Below, in pieces: positions 1 through 13,247 of a DNA stretch of 64,000 bases; within the stretch, counting starts at the first letter, position 1, and each line of letters starts with the position of its first letter. The notes under the pieces are model-generated. The model worked only from the letters and a program-made list of their open reading frames with translations. It ran no database searches and was not told the origin of the DNA. Made by a program: the position numbers and the translations under genes. Source of the DNA: Macrostomum hystrix (lineage: Eukaryota > Animalia > Platyhelminthes); the NCBI GenBank assembly GCA_950097015.1, contig CATNEN010000007.1, positions 8,990,001 through 9,054,000 of the forward strand, given 5' to 3'.

Positions 1-3000
1 CATCCCAGCGACTGGCGTAAATTCTCCCTTCCCCTCCCCTTGTAGCCCCCTTTTGATAGCTGTAATGTTTAAATCGTGCCGCTCGGAGCGAGCTTGTTTC
101 GCACTTTCGGCGCATTTTAATCCGACAAGCTAATTTTAGACCGGGCGCAGAGAGAGCCTCCCCTCTGCCTTCCCCTCACCAACTTCTTTCGACTCCAAAT
201 TTAGCTGGCCCTCTCTCGCTCCGATGTCAGTTGCTTTTGCACTCCGCCGATGCTTCGCTTTTCTTTCTCCTTGGCCCGCCCGGTCCAAAAATATCCCCCG
301 ACTTGCCCCCTCGCGTCCCCTCCGCATCCGGGCATTGGAGGGACGGCTCACTCCACCCAATTCAATCTCACAGGATTTTCTATACCTTCTACAACTGCCG
401 GGCGAACGAAGCCTTGCAGAAGGCGGCCGGATCTCTCTGGCTAAAAATATGTCACTTCTCTTCCCACTTTCATTAATCCCCGCCCGGCTTCCTCCGGATT
501 TTGTGAGGCTTAATCCGACTTTGCTCTTTTATTCCGCCCGCTGCTTCCCAGTTCCATGCTGCACAGCCGTTGTTCTCGGCAACTCATGTGGCAGCCCCTT
601 CAAACCGTGAGGCTAAGATGTCAAGATAACTTGCGCACCGCTGTTAAGCAGGCAAAGTGGGTCTAAATTTACACCTTGATTTAAATTAACCAATTCCAAT
701 CATGGCCGGGCTATTCGTGGCTCGGATATTGTCTCGGAGGGCGCTCGGATCGGCGCCGGTGAAAACTGCTCCGCTGAGACTAATTTAAACGCGACGAAGA
801 TGCGCCAGCGGGCTCTGCCACCAGCCTCCCGCCCACCCGCTGATCCGCAGTCCGCACGCACCCCCACCCCAGCATTTCCGGATCCCTGTGCTGGGGATGA
901 GTAGATTAGACTCGGTCTTATTATTTGTGCGTAGGTGGACGGCAGCTTGTCGCGTGATGCAAGCTAACACGGATGCCTTCCTGTTCAGAGTCATCTCAAA
1001 ACCTGCTCTAAGCCAGCTCTTTAGTGCTCCGACTTGCCTTCTGTTTGTTGTGGCTTCAAAGCGCAGATTTTATCTATTTCTTTCGTGCATAAAATGCGGG
1101 CCTTTTCAAAGCAGCTCAGGACTGAGCCGCGGCTCATTGCTACATATGCTCAAACTGGTCAAACCTTCTCAGATTTGATTCTCGCGTCTTCTCCATCTCC
1201 GCTATTCTCCCAGCTCTTTTCCTCTCCCCCTTGTCCCTTGTATCTCTCGCATTCCTCTCCCTGCCTCTCCTTCTCTCGGCCTGAATAATTTGATGCATTT
1301 CCTTTACTGCCTTTACCCCCGCAATGAGGTCACGGTCTGTGCCACTCTGGGCTGGGCAATCGCCTTTTTACGAGTATTGTGGCGGTCTATTTTTAGAGTC
1401 TGTTTTAATGCCTTTTCGGTGTCTACATTTTTCAGTCCCGTTTTCGCTTTGCCATCTGAGAGACACCCAGCCAGCCCCTAAAACTTGCGTGCGACTTTAA
1501 ACGAACCGTGCTTGCCCGCCTCTCTTCCCAATTGTGCCGGCAATAAATGGCCAGTCGCATTTTTAGGTCACGCTTTGACAGACCAGACATTGCGCAACTC
1601 CAACTTCACCGCGATGCGCTTTCGGATGTTTTTAATTCAGCCAGCCTTGCAATTGCGATGTCAACTGTTCTACTAACAGTAGACTGCAGCGGAATATAAG
1701 TGCTGAGACCATTAACGTGCAGACTTAAATGAATTTCGCGATCATCTGACCGAGTCTACTAATAGTAGCAATAGTAAGAATTTTTTTAGTATTAAAATTA
1801 TGCATGCAACTATATGGTACAGTAAGCAACACAAATCAAGCAAAGAGACACCATTCAGTGTGTACGTTTGCTGGGCCGTACTGGTCCAAAGATGGCAGAA
1901 TATTTTCTAGCAGTATCAATAACCACAAGGCTATATTGCAAAAATACTTGCAAGCTTTTCAGCTTTAAGTTTCGAGTTAATCAATTGCATCATTCGTTAT
2001 CTTCAAGTTAAATCTAGGTTGGTGTGCTTGTCAGATAAACCGAATTCATCCATTGTGAGCCATGCGAGATGTTATCGAAAATACGCTGTTCTCCAATCTC
2101 ATCCATTCATTCTTACATCGTTCAAAACCATTGTGCGTTTTGGCCATAGACAAAAACCACAGCGATGAAAATGCAAAAATGACCAGCATTTTTTTCGCTG
2201 AAATTCCTGATAAGAATTAACAGTATAAAACCCCGCCAAATTCCGGTTCTATGGTGGAAAGTGCTTGACCACATATAGCAGACTCGGCTTCGCTTCGACT
2301 CGGCAGAACTAAAGAGCCAAAATTTTCATTTGGAAAGCCATCGAAAAATGTTCAATTTATTGGCCTCTATTTCAGGCCCGAGTCATCATATAATTGACTC
2401 CTTTTTGAGTCACGATATGTGCGACCAGATCATAGGCAAAAATAATTGAGACTTCCTAACAGAAAAGAAAAGCCAAGCTATACGCAACAAGAGAGCGTGT
2501 TTCTGGAGGTTAAATATAAATAAAAATCACTTGAATTTATCAAGGATTATAGAGGAATTTATAGAGGACACTGGGTAGCTGGCAATGGCTTCTAGGGTAA
2601 AAAGTGTCGGAAAGCGTTTAATTAAATAAAAGTGGCGTTAAATTTAATAAACATATACTCTATTTGAGAAACTCCACTGTTTGTTCAGTAAGCTCAATGT
2701 TATTCCTCCCACCACGTGATATTCGCTCTCGTCTTCCTGTCACCTGGAAAGTCCTCGAATGGACAATTGTTTTCGGACTCACTTCATACAATTTTAGAAA
2801 AATATCAAAAAAGCTCAATTGCTATCACGGTTAGGTATTTTTATAAGCCATTGTCCAAATAAAGTCTGTGGTTCCCACATGGAACTCCCAAATTGATTCT
2901 ATCCAGTATTTTTTATATTATTTCATCGAACGTACTCGTAGCTTTTCTTAACTAAAGCGCAAAGAAGCGTTGCGCTCGAAAGACTGCAGCTCTCTCACAT

Positions 3001-3453
3001 CGCTCACGATGGATAGATTTGGCGAAAAACTGGCTGAGCCGTCCCCTCCTCAATGCATTTTAGCCTAAAATTTGCGTTTTTGTATTTTCCAGTCACATCT
3101 CACTCTAGAATCCGCTTTGCGATCCATTTTTGCGAAACGAAAAATATTGACTTGGATGCCATATAACCCTCGAACTTTAGGCATAGAATAACAGTTGGTA
3201 CTAACCGAAACTGTTGTTTACAACAGCTGAAAATAGAGGATACTGGGTAGCAAAAGCTGTTTGAACGCTTTGAACGAAAGAGTTAAAGAGTTAAGAAATT
3301 CAGCAGTTCTAGCCCACTCGAGCTGAGTTGCCTGTGTCGCACAATCCCTAAAGTCCTCACCGAGAAGTCGATGTATTCTTTCAGTCGGAATCTTGTCCTA
3401 TTTTTTCGTTGGAAAAAAAATTGGAAGCAGGTGAGCGAGACAAACTTCGCTGC

Positions 3454-6400
3454 TCAAAGTACGCTCGAAAGGCCGTAGGGCTGGTGCAGCATGGCCTGAT
3501 TTGGTTGCTGCTGTTGACGCTGAAACTCTTGCTGCCGATGCCGCTGAAAATGATACAGGTACTCATTTTGATGCTGCTGCTGTGGCAGCTGCTTCAACGG
3601 CTGATGGTGCAGAGGCTGATGATGCAGGTGCACAGGCACTCCGCGCTCCAGGTGCGCCACAGTTGTAATTGGTGCGGCCGTTTGGCTTGCTAGCGCACCA
3701 GACATCGAGGTCGGCTGCGTGGGAGTCGATGACGCAGTAGAGCGGCTCTTCCGTCGGCGCACCAGGTAGAGCACGCAGACCAGGTTGAGCGCCAGCACCG
3801 CCAGGCCGGCCAGGCCGCAGCCGGCGATAAGCAGAGTGCGGCTGGTCGCCTCGTCGTCGCTGTTTGGCTTGCGTTCGCGGCTCGGCCTGTGACCGTTCGG
3901 GTCATCTTGGTGGTGTGGACGGCGGACGGGGGGTGAAAATTTATATGCGAGACTCAGAGGAGCAGTTAGCTGAAAGTTTGTGAGCTAACAAAAGAAAGTT
4001 AAGATTTTATTTCAAACGTTTTTTACCAGGCGTCCAGAAGAAAATTGGACCCTGGTGGGCCACTTCGATCTCCGGGTAGAGATTGTTGCGCGTTGTCAAC
4101 TTCACTTCGTAATTTGTCCGCGGCTTCAGGTCTAAAATTCAGAAATTCGGACGAGTCTTTCTGCAGAATTTCTCTCTGTTTGCCAGTTTTCTATTTTTGT
4201 CTAGCTCATAATCTGTCTGCACTGACCTGGCAGCAGGAATTGCATCTCTCGCCCGGAGTTGTCGGGTTCGACGACATCATAGGACACAAGTCGCTCTCTT
4301 TCTTCGCCGACGGGCCGGAAGCTGACCGTGAATGTCTGCGCCACGCCCCCGTTGTATCCCGGCCGCCAAGTTAGGAGGGCTGCTGGACCACGGCCATCGC
4401 CGATGTTCACTGTGACATTGACCATACGGAGACGACTCGGCGCATCTGGCGGTGAAGTTCCCGTTACGTTGACATCTGCGCTGCCAGCTCCGTGCGATGA
4501 TGTAACCACACACCTGTGATCAGTAGATCGGAATAAATATAGATGGTGCTGGTCTATTTTGACCTAATGATGTTAGGATGCAATCACCGCCCACCTGTAC
4601 ACTCCCAGGTCCTGCGGATTAGCCACAGCCAAAAGAGTCAAAACAGAGACTCTTCGCGCCAAATCGCCAGAGAGGTTGTCGTAAAGCTGCAGCACCTGTT
4701 TGTTCGGTGCAAGATCGATGAACTCGCCTTTCTCGTCGCGCCGACGCCAGACGATGCTATTCGGCGGTGGGCCAGTCACGTTGCAGGCCAGGGTGGCATT
4801 TTGGCCCCCCTGCACCGCCACGCGCACCTGCTGGGCTGCGACCTTCGGGCTCAGTGGGTACAGGAACAGCGATCGCTTAGCCGCGGTGCCAAGGCCGTTG
4901 CTGGTCTGCAGGCGGTGCTCTCCAATCGTGGCCCCGGCCAGCTTCACGACCTCCAGCCTCAGCGTGGCCGAGTTCTGTCGGTCGCATGGGAGAGTGAAAT
5001 GCTAAAAACTTATCGTAAACTTGTTTCATATTTCGTAACTGACAGTCGTCTGACCAAACCTTGTTTGCCGCATCCGCCCAGCAGCGAAAGTTGTAGGCCT
5101 CGGAGGCCGAATCGTAACAGGCGATGGAGCCGCCGCCGGGCAGGAACCATTTCACCCAGCCACCGACGCCTTCACCAACCTCAGCAGCCCGCAGCGGCGG
5201 CAGCGGCGAGGCCACTAGGCGAGCGTGAACTTTTACGCTGCTGTTCAGCGGCTCGCGAAAGAAGTAGTGGCTGGGCGGGATGTGAAGGTCCGATTCTAGA
5301 ACCTATCGGATCGTTTGTGAGGTAGCACTGTGAAAGCTATTTGTTTAGCTTCAGGATCAGAGGAGTAATTACGAGATAGTAATAGCTCATTTTTTAAGTA
5401 AAGCTCGTCAATCAACCCAAAAGATCTGAGAACAGCTGTAAGGATTAAGAATTTCAGTAGAAACTTCTCAATGTGCTTTTTAGTTCCGGAGCAGTAGATC
5501 CGCTCACCTCGAGCTCGCTTATGTGTGCTTGCGCCCGAACTTCCAATAAGAAGTCGCTTCTGCCGACGCCGACCTCGTTCCGCGCCTCAATCCAGTAAGG
5601 CCCAGCGTCAGCCAGGGTCACCTGATTGAACATGATGCCGCCATTGCTGTAAGTCACAGCGCTGCCAGTTGTATTGACGCCGACACTTGCGGCACCGTCG
5701 CCGAGCTGTCGCAGCACCCGCAGGCTGCCAGGCTGCACCGGCGGATTGGCGAGCACCGTCAGCTGTAGGAACTCCTGGCTGGAGGTCACTGTGAGCGGTG
5801 ACGCGAGGCCCTTGAAGATGGGCCGATGGCGCACCATTAAGGTTGCATTCACCTGCAAATTTTGCGTAGGGAACTGGCATAAATATATAGTCTTTCTTAA
5901 CCAAAGCAGTTAGACCAGAGCATTGATGAGCTATCAATTTATCCCATTCTAAAAAACAATGCCACCGCAGACACCACATCTCGTCTGCTCGCACCTGTCT
6001 CCTGGAAATGCTGTAGTAAGCTTCGTTGGTGGCCTCGCAGTACAGGCTAGCCAGGTGGAGCTCGGGCGTCAGGCGGAAGCGAACGCGGCTGCGGCCATCG
6101 AAGCCCCTGCGTGGTGCCTGGCTGATCGAGTGCGACTCGTCAGCACCGGCCTTCAGCTGGACTCGTTCGTGATCGTCCAAGAGGCGCAAGCAGGTCCTGG
6201 AGCCGTCTGGCCCGCCGCGCTGACGGCAGTGGCTGATGTACCAGAAGAAAATTACTTGCGGGTTGGAACCAACAGCGTTACAGACGGCCTCCATTAAGTC
6301 GCCGGCCTTTGGGCCTCCGGGATCGACGGAAGACTCGCTGGCACTGTGCAGTTCGATCGGCTGCAGCTCTGGGGGGACTGTGGGAAAGAAGCAATGCTTT

Positions 6401-9400
6401 TCTAAGCAATTGCTTGCGAGAGCATATATAGCAAGTGTGTGTACGAGCTATGTATTGCATGCTTTGACACTCACACATCACATTTATTGGTATTCGGTCA
6501 CTCTCGACGCTTTTTTCCAGGTTCATTGTCTTCGCTCGACAGCTGCAACATTGGTAAATGCTCATGAACTATTTAGCCATATCACCGCTGTTAATACTAC
6601 TCATACAATCAAAGACTAGCTGCCTCTTACAATGCCGTCTTATTGGAGTCCTGGCGGTTCAGGACTAGTTTAAGTTTCGACTCAACTTTTTTGCCCTCTA
6701 TCTTCTGAGTGACTTTTTCCAAGATTAGCCGGTCATCTAAAAGCGAAAGATATAGATTTTGTTGAAAATGCTTTCTCTTATTCTTATAAAAATGTAAAAT
6801 TCTAAAGCCAATCTCACCAAAAAACCAGGCGATGCGCGGCAGCGGGTTGCCTCCCAGCGAGCTGCAAGTCAGCTCCGCGGTTTGATTCTCCATGATTCTG
6901 GGCGGCACCGTGATGACCACCGAATTGGGCGGATCTGGACAGGTTAAGGTATTTGAGGCATTTCAGGCAATCGAACACGACGAAGACACAAACCTGAGCC
7001 TTCTCCCAATGGCTCACAAAATCCAAATTGTTTTACCCCCCCCATTGGAAAGAAGCTAAACAACATTGGTGCGAAAGTGCGATGAAGTATTCGTTCAAAA
7101 TAGTTCAAAAAGTGAGCTCAATGCAGCCTGCTATGCTGCCTACTTACAGTAGATGAACAAGTGCATGCTGCTCTCCAAGTTATAGCCAAAGTCGTTGGTG
7201 ACGCGGCACTTGAGGTACTTGCCGTGCTGTGCCGCGGTAAATACGAAAGAATAGTTTGACAGCAGATTCCGGTCCTTCATGGTGTCTCCAGAAATCGAGG
7301 TCTGCCGCTGAACCTCGGAGTTGTCCAGCAACCATGACACGGTCAGCCTGTCATGGTAGGGGCCCGCGTAGCACTCGAAGTTGGACTTCTCACCGTTGCT
7401 TATTAGCACCTGGTTGAGGTCGAAGCTGGAGTCCTTGCTCCGCTTTATCTCCAACGTAGTCGGTGGGACTGAATTGTGCATTAGATTTGATAGATACTTA
7501 CGAGCGTAAATTACACCTGACTTACTATCTTTTCAGCTAGCTGTACAGGCTGTGTACCGCTGTTCAGACTGATAAGGCAGCCACACCCACGCGTATTTTT
7601 ACCCCATCAATAAACGCTAGGCAAGAAAGCGTAGAGCGTAGAGCGTAGAGCTCCCGGAGGCCCAAAGAGCTCCACGCTACGCTCTACGCTACGCTCTACG
7701 CTACGCTCTACGCTACGCTCTACGCTACGCTCTACGCTACGCTCTACGCTACGCTCTACGCTACGCTCTACGCTACGCTCTACGCTACGCTCTACGCTAC
7801 GCTCTACGCTACGCTCTACGCTACGCTCTACGCTACGCTCTACGCTACGCTCTACGCTACGCTCTACGCTACGCTCTACGCTACGCTCTACGCTACGCTC
7901 TACGCTACGCTCTACGCTACGCTCTACGCTACGCTCTACGCTACGCTCTACGCTACGCTCTACGCTACGCTCTACGCTACGCTCTACGCTACGCTCTACG
8001 CTACGCTCTATCGTCACCAAAATAAATAATAGCAATGCAATCAAGGCGATACTAAAGTTTTGAGGACAAGGGCCATTGAGCAGCACTCACAGTTGACCTT
8101 GATGACGATGCGCGCCTCGAGTGGCCGATCCATGGCCGCATTCTGCGCAAGACAGGTAAACTCCGCCAGATGATCCTCGGCGCTCACCGGCAGGGCGATG
8201 ATGTTTGCCAGCAGGCCGTCACGCAGATCAGACGATGGCAGGACAATGATGTCGTGCAGCTCACCGCGACGCCGGCGCTGCCAGACCAGCTTGCCCAGCG
8301 GCACACCGGGACTGGCCTGGCAGGACAGAAGCAGCCGATCCCCGGCACGGTAGGTGGGTGTTTCCCCTGCCAGCCTTGTACCCGCACTGATCACTGGCTG
8401 GCCGGTTTTTTCTGCAAGCAGGTTACGAGCGTTCCACGGTGAGCATCGAGACTTGTTGGTTGCGAGATGGAAGCAAATCTTCAAAGGTTTAACCACGCAC
8501 CATAAACTAGAAAGGTCACTCTGCCCTTCAGCTCCCTGGGACCCATCTTTAATTCTTTCAGTGCATCGATCGTGGCCCGACACTCGAGCGAGCTGCCGTT
8601 GACAACTCTCACTTTGCTAGGCGTCAGAGTCAGCATCGAGGACACGGATCTGTCCCCTCGGCTGCCGCCTGCAACTGGCTTGACGCCGTCTGTCAGCTTC
8701 TTGTCATTAAGGTACCAAGTCAGCACCGGCGGTGGATGTCCATTGCGGCACTCGCAGGACACTGTCAACGGTCGGCTCGTATTCGACACAGTCAGCAGGT
8801 TGATACCATTATTGATGACTGGCGGCGAAGGCAGAGCTGAAGTAGGTACACAGGAATGTACTTTTAGGCAGTGGTGTAGCCAGGATTTTTGTCAATGGGG
8901 GCCGTGCCTACTGGCGGGGCACCACTGCTAGGGCCACTTCAACATGGGTGCGCCACAACCACATGGAGGCGCCACTATCACGGGTGTGCCACTACAACGG
9001 GGCGCCACTACCACGGGCCGATTCGTCAGCCGATTAGGGGGGCCAGGTCCCCTTGCCCCTCCCCTGGCTACGCCCCTGTGATGAGCAATGGATTAATTTC
9101 ATATGCTATTGTCCGAGAATTATATGGTTAAAGTGCAGCCTGCCTTTAAGAACAGACGAATCGTTCTTCGAATGAAATTTTCTGCTCCGATTTTTGCATC
9201 ATTGCGTGTCATAAATTTATTGAACCACTTAAACAAAGTGGGAAGGCATCACACCCCTCAAGTCGGCCCAGCTGCCCTAATCCCTGCCCGAACTCAAATC
9301 CTTCAGGGCTCTGATTGAGAGAAGTTCTAGCCCCGAAGAAAACGCAGCCAGTGGTTCTGGCGCTCCATCACGACTGAAAACAAATTCTGCTGGGCCGAGT

Positions 9401-12400
9401 TTTTCCGCCGCCCGCTGTGCCGGACTCGGGCAGTCGGCGCTCCATCAAAGACGCGGGCGGCCTGCAGTGGTAGCCCTCTGCCTTGGCCCGTCACCCGGCA
9501 GCTGATAGATGAGGCGCCTGGGATTGGGGCCACCTCCAGAGTCTCCGAAATCGCAGCGGCAACGCCAACTGCCCAGCTGAGGGCGAAGTCTTTCTGCCGC
9601 TCTCTTACTCTCCCTCGACCAAAAATCGCTTATTTCATTTTGTGAAAATGCAGATACGCCTGATACAAATTTTTGGAATTGAAATCGAGATGCCGAGAGA
9701 GAGCGAAGCAGGGCGGCGCTGGCAGCGGTTTTGCCGCGAAAGTGAATTAATAAGGCATGCCGCCTGATGCCAAGGGGGTCACAAGATGAATACTGATTTG
9801 CCTCCTTCTGTCGGGACAAGACAAGGACCATTTTTGAGGCCGGCTTCCTCACAGTCCAACCTCCCAAACCCGGGAGAATGCACCGGTCAAGATTGAGTCC
9901 AAATGAAGGATTAGCTGGGGTTGGGGACAAAAGTGGGATAAAATGAAAGGATCCGACCGCTGCGACTCCAATCAGACGGATTGGAGCGATGTGGGAGACT
10001 CAATTGAGCAGGAAAATCGGGCCTGCTTTGTGCGACCCCCTTATTCCTTCCTTTGCCATGCTCTTCCTCCCCCAGGGCAATCAGTGATCCCCAACTCTAT
10101 TTTGCTCAATCTGCCAGCTCAGCAAATGATAATTGAGTCCAGCACCTTGCGCGGCTGGCCTGCCAGAGCTGATTGCTGCCAATCAGATCGGATTCGCAGC
10201 ACTTTCCCGTCTTATTTGTTGCAACTATGAGCATTCAGTGCACAGAAATCAGGTAGAAGCGAATATTGTGTTTGCTGTTTGACAAGCAAGTCATAAACTC
10301 ACCCGTGATCTTATTAGCTATTTCATAAAACTGTTCAAGAAGGAGATTAGTTATAAAATTATGAGTTAATAAGCTCATAAATTCGTGAAATATTAGTGAA
10401 CTCCTGATCTTATAAACTTTTGAACTCAATCATTCATAAGCCCGCCTATGAACTCAATCATAAACTCATCTATGAACTCAATCGTAAACATACCTATATA
10501 CTTAATTATGAGCTTGATCAGTCATTAGCTTGCAGGACTGCTGAATCGCTTTTAATGAAACTGTTAAATTAGGCCTTTTACACAACTATACGCTTTTAAG
10601 TTCAAACAAAACAACGTATTGATCGTGTGCAGCATAACGATGCGATATGTGCACTTATACGACACAACTTGCGCACAAAATGCCCCAGTGTGACCTACAC
10701 TCATCAGCTAATGGTTGGCAGTGCAGGCTCTGCCACAAATACAAATATTCAGGCAGCCTCTAAAACAATTGGGTCCGAAATAGTTATGCAGCTTCGTTGC
10801 GCAATTGACACCGACTTCAAACTCGGCTGCAGCCAGGGAGCAGGCACTGAGCCCAGCTGCGCAGCTAATTAAATTTGCTCCCACCCGGAGTGACCCCGGT
10901 CGGTGGCGACGATTAATTATTAAACAGCGCTGGCTGGGCGCCACCCATGGTGGCTGATCGCACCAACAAATTATCAGTTTTTCAGTTTTCGCTGTCTGTA
11001 GTGTATTTGAATTTTTACTGTAATATTATATGGCGTGATTGTAATAAATTAATGTTCAATTAGTTTTAAAGCTAACTGCTGACTTACCCGAAGATTAGCG
11101 GTCTAAGCCTTCAGCCAGTCGTAGAAAGGCACGCATACTAGACAATCTGAGCCTCAAACCAATCGCAGTCAAGCACGTGGATTACACAATAAAAACTTTC
11201 ATCCAATCACAGACAGGCATGTACGCATACTAGACAAGCTGAATCTTCAGCCAATCAGAGTCAAGCACGTAGATAAAAAAATCTAAACATCCAGCCAATC
11301 AAATGACTGGATACTACGCTCATACTCGTAGCAAATAAACTTTCAGCCAATCCCAGCCAGGTTCGTTCAAAGGATCTGATCTGATATTATCGCAATGCCA
11401 CTCACTCAATACGGTGATGGTAGTCTTGTACCGCATCGGTTTGCCGTCACGAATCAACTGGCACTCGTAGTCGCCCATGTCGTCGAAGGTGATGTTGCTG
11501 ATCTCCAGAGTGAAGTCTTCCGGTGCTCTGCCGATGATCTTGAAGCGCGACAGGCTCATCTCCCCTGCGAGCAGGCGGGACAGGGGACGGTTCAAGGTCA
11601 TGCAAAACTTCTGGAAGTACATTCCAGCCGGCTGTTCATGAATTCAGAACCTCTGGTTCTTGAGCAAGCTTTTTTCTCTAAAGCCCGTATTTGAATTAGC
11701 AAGACTGCAGCATATTGTTAAAGATAATAAACTCCTGGCTACAGAATGGTTGGTGAAATATTTTTTCCAATCGTCTCAATCGAAAATTTACGGAGTTTGT
11801 ACTCGTATTGTTTGTGGCACGATCTTGGGGGTGGGCAAAGGTATTATGAGTCTAATTACGAGCGTATTTCGAAACACAAGGACACAGAGATAACAGGCAA
11901 AGCTCGTGGAATTTACCTTAGGTAATTAATATCCTCAGGTAGGTTGTGACTGGGACAATCAATTAGCATTTTTTCTGTGAAATCTCGTCCACTAATAGAG
12001 GATCCCACAAACTGAGATGCGAAGGCTGAGATTATTCGATGGGCATTGATCAAGTTGCAAATCAGCTGCTCAAAAATGTACTAAAAATGTAAGGGCGAGT
12101 TAGTACGAAGAGTTGTGAGGGCTTACGGTCCATGCTAGCAATTAATTACCAGCGCTATTTCAAGGACCCCCACATTGCACCCTGCTGAGCCATCCAAGCT
12201 AAGCGTCTCAAACGCACCGCAGCACCGCGCCATAACTGCCAGTCTGGGAAATAATCACCAGCCCAAATCCCGTGGGCAATTTGTGCAGGGCTCGCGAATG
12301 CTCCAAGACGGAAGCGAGACGCGGCCTGACCTTCTCGGCCTTTTCCAGGGCTTTGACTCCGGCATATCATGCATGGCCAACCGAGCTGCCCTCGTTTACA

Positions 12401-13247
12401 TATCGCCTCGGGACATTCGCTAAGCAGATGCCTAGCCCCCTCTTTATACCGAAAACGCTGCGAGATTCGGCGGGTTGCTAAGCTACTCCCAAGCGCGCTT
12501 GTCTCTCTTCCTGACCCCCCAACCTCTCGACGAATTCGTATTTACAATTTTCCGCCGTGTCGCCCAGGGACACGCCAGTGCCCGCTCCGCCAGCTCTCAT
12601 TTCTCTCTGTTTTTCTCTCTCTCACCATCGTCTCTGTTTCGCTTAGCGCAAATCTCGCTAGAAAGTCAGTCTCATCAACCCGGCCCGCAATCATCATAAT
12701 TTCCATTTCTTCATCTTCATAAAAAGCCCGTCTGAGCATTGGAGGATCTGAGGTCAATCGGGGGATTTCTGGAACATATTAATCCTGAATATCCCTCTGG
12801 GCCGGCGGACCCGAAAGTTCTCGAGTAAAAATTTGAATGGCTGTCAGTGTCTGGGTCCTCAGGCCCCTAGGGCTATTAACTCTTTTCGCATTTCTAACGG
12901 GTGGAGGTGGTCCAGGCAAAACGGAACTCGAATTTCTGTCATTAACTGACCACCTGGCTGCACTCTGTGACTCAAAGTCAAAACCCAAGTTGCCAATCGG
13001 TCTGCTCACTGTCAATGAAGGTGCTCTTCACTTTCCAGAAGACATTCGGCAGCCGGCCAGACCCGTCGGTGGCCTGCACCTTGCAGGGTAGCAGGATGTT
13101 GGACAGCTCCATCACCTTGTACTGTTCGCTCGGCCTCACGAAAGCACAGAATTTCGAATTTTCTTTGCAGGCGCCAATGGCAGCGGCCGGTCGCAACAGC
13201 GGCGCAACTGTCAGCAGCATCAGCAGCAGCGGTGGCTGTGGTGTCAT
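3454..13247 (-). CDS. Nephrin/Sns/SYG-2-like Ig-superfamily adhesion protein (multi-exon; signal peptide, ~9 Ig, 1 FN3, TM, cytoplasmic tail)
   Basis: GT-AG-bounded exons, phase-compatible where checked: ~13247-13010 (MTPQPPLLLMLLTVAPLL..LLPC..VFW), 11564-11406 (FTLEISNITFDDMGDYEC), ~8836-8501, ~8412-8090, ~7470-7146, ~6935-6818, ~6737-6631, ~6545-6480, ~6379-5996, ~5852-5508, ~5302-5060, ~5001-4595, ~4512-4227 (FN3 LTWRPGYNGG..QTF), ~4130-4027 (LKPRTNYEVKL), ~3905-3454 (TM LLIAGCGLAGLAVLALNLVCVLYLV-RRRK, ends YGLSSVL*). Confidence 0.85.
7676..8010. repeat. 12-bp CpG-rich tandem repeat (CTACGCTCTACG)n, ~28 copies, intronic
   Basis: Perfect tandem array visible in the sequence; explains the ERSV ORF. 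Confidence 0.97.
8869..9078. mobile_element. MITE-like element with imperfect 16-bp TIRs (CAGTGGTGTAGCCAGG / CCTGGCTACGCCCCTG)
   Basis: Termini are inverted complements at 14/16 positions; internal short repeats (GCGCCAC.AC); no TSD found. Confidence 0.6.

Noticed and set aside
1-3380. Short ORFs in the first 3.4 kb
   Set aside because: No domain motifs, codon bias or consistent splice structure; probably 3' flank or intergenic DNA.
7607-8086. ERSV-repeat ORF and other repeat ORFs (e.g. 19718-20254, 20573-22336, 38285-43067)
   Set aside because: By-products of tandem arrays lacking stops; they lie in introns or satellites.
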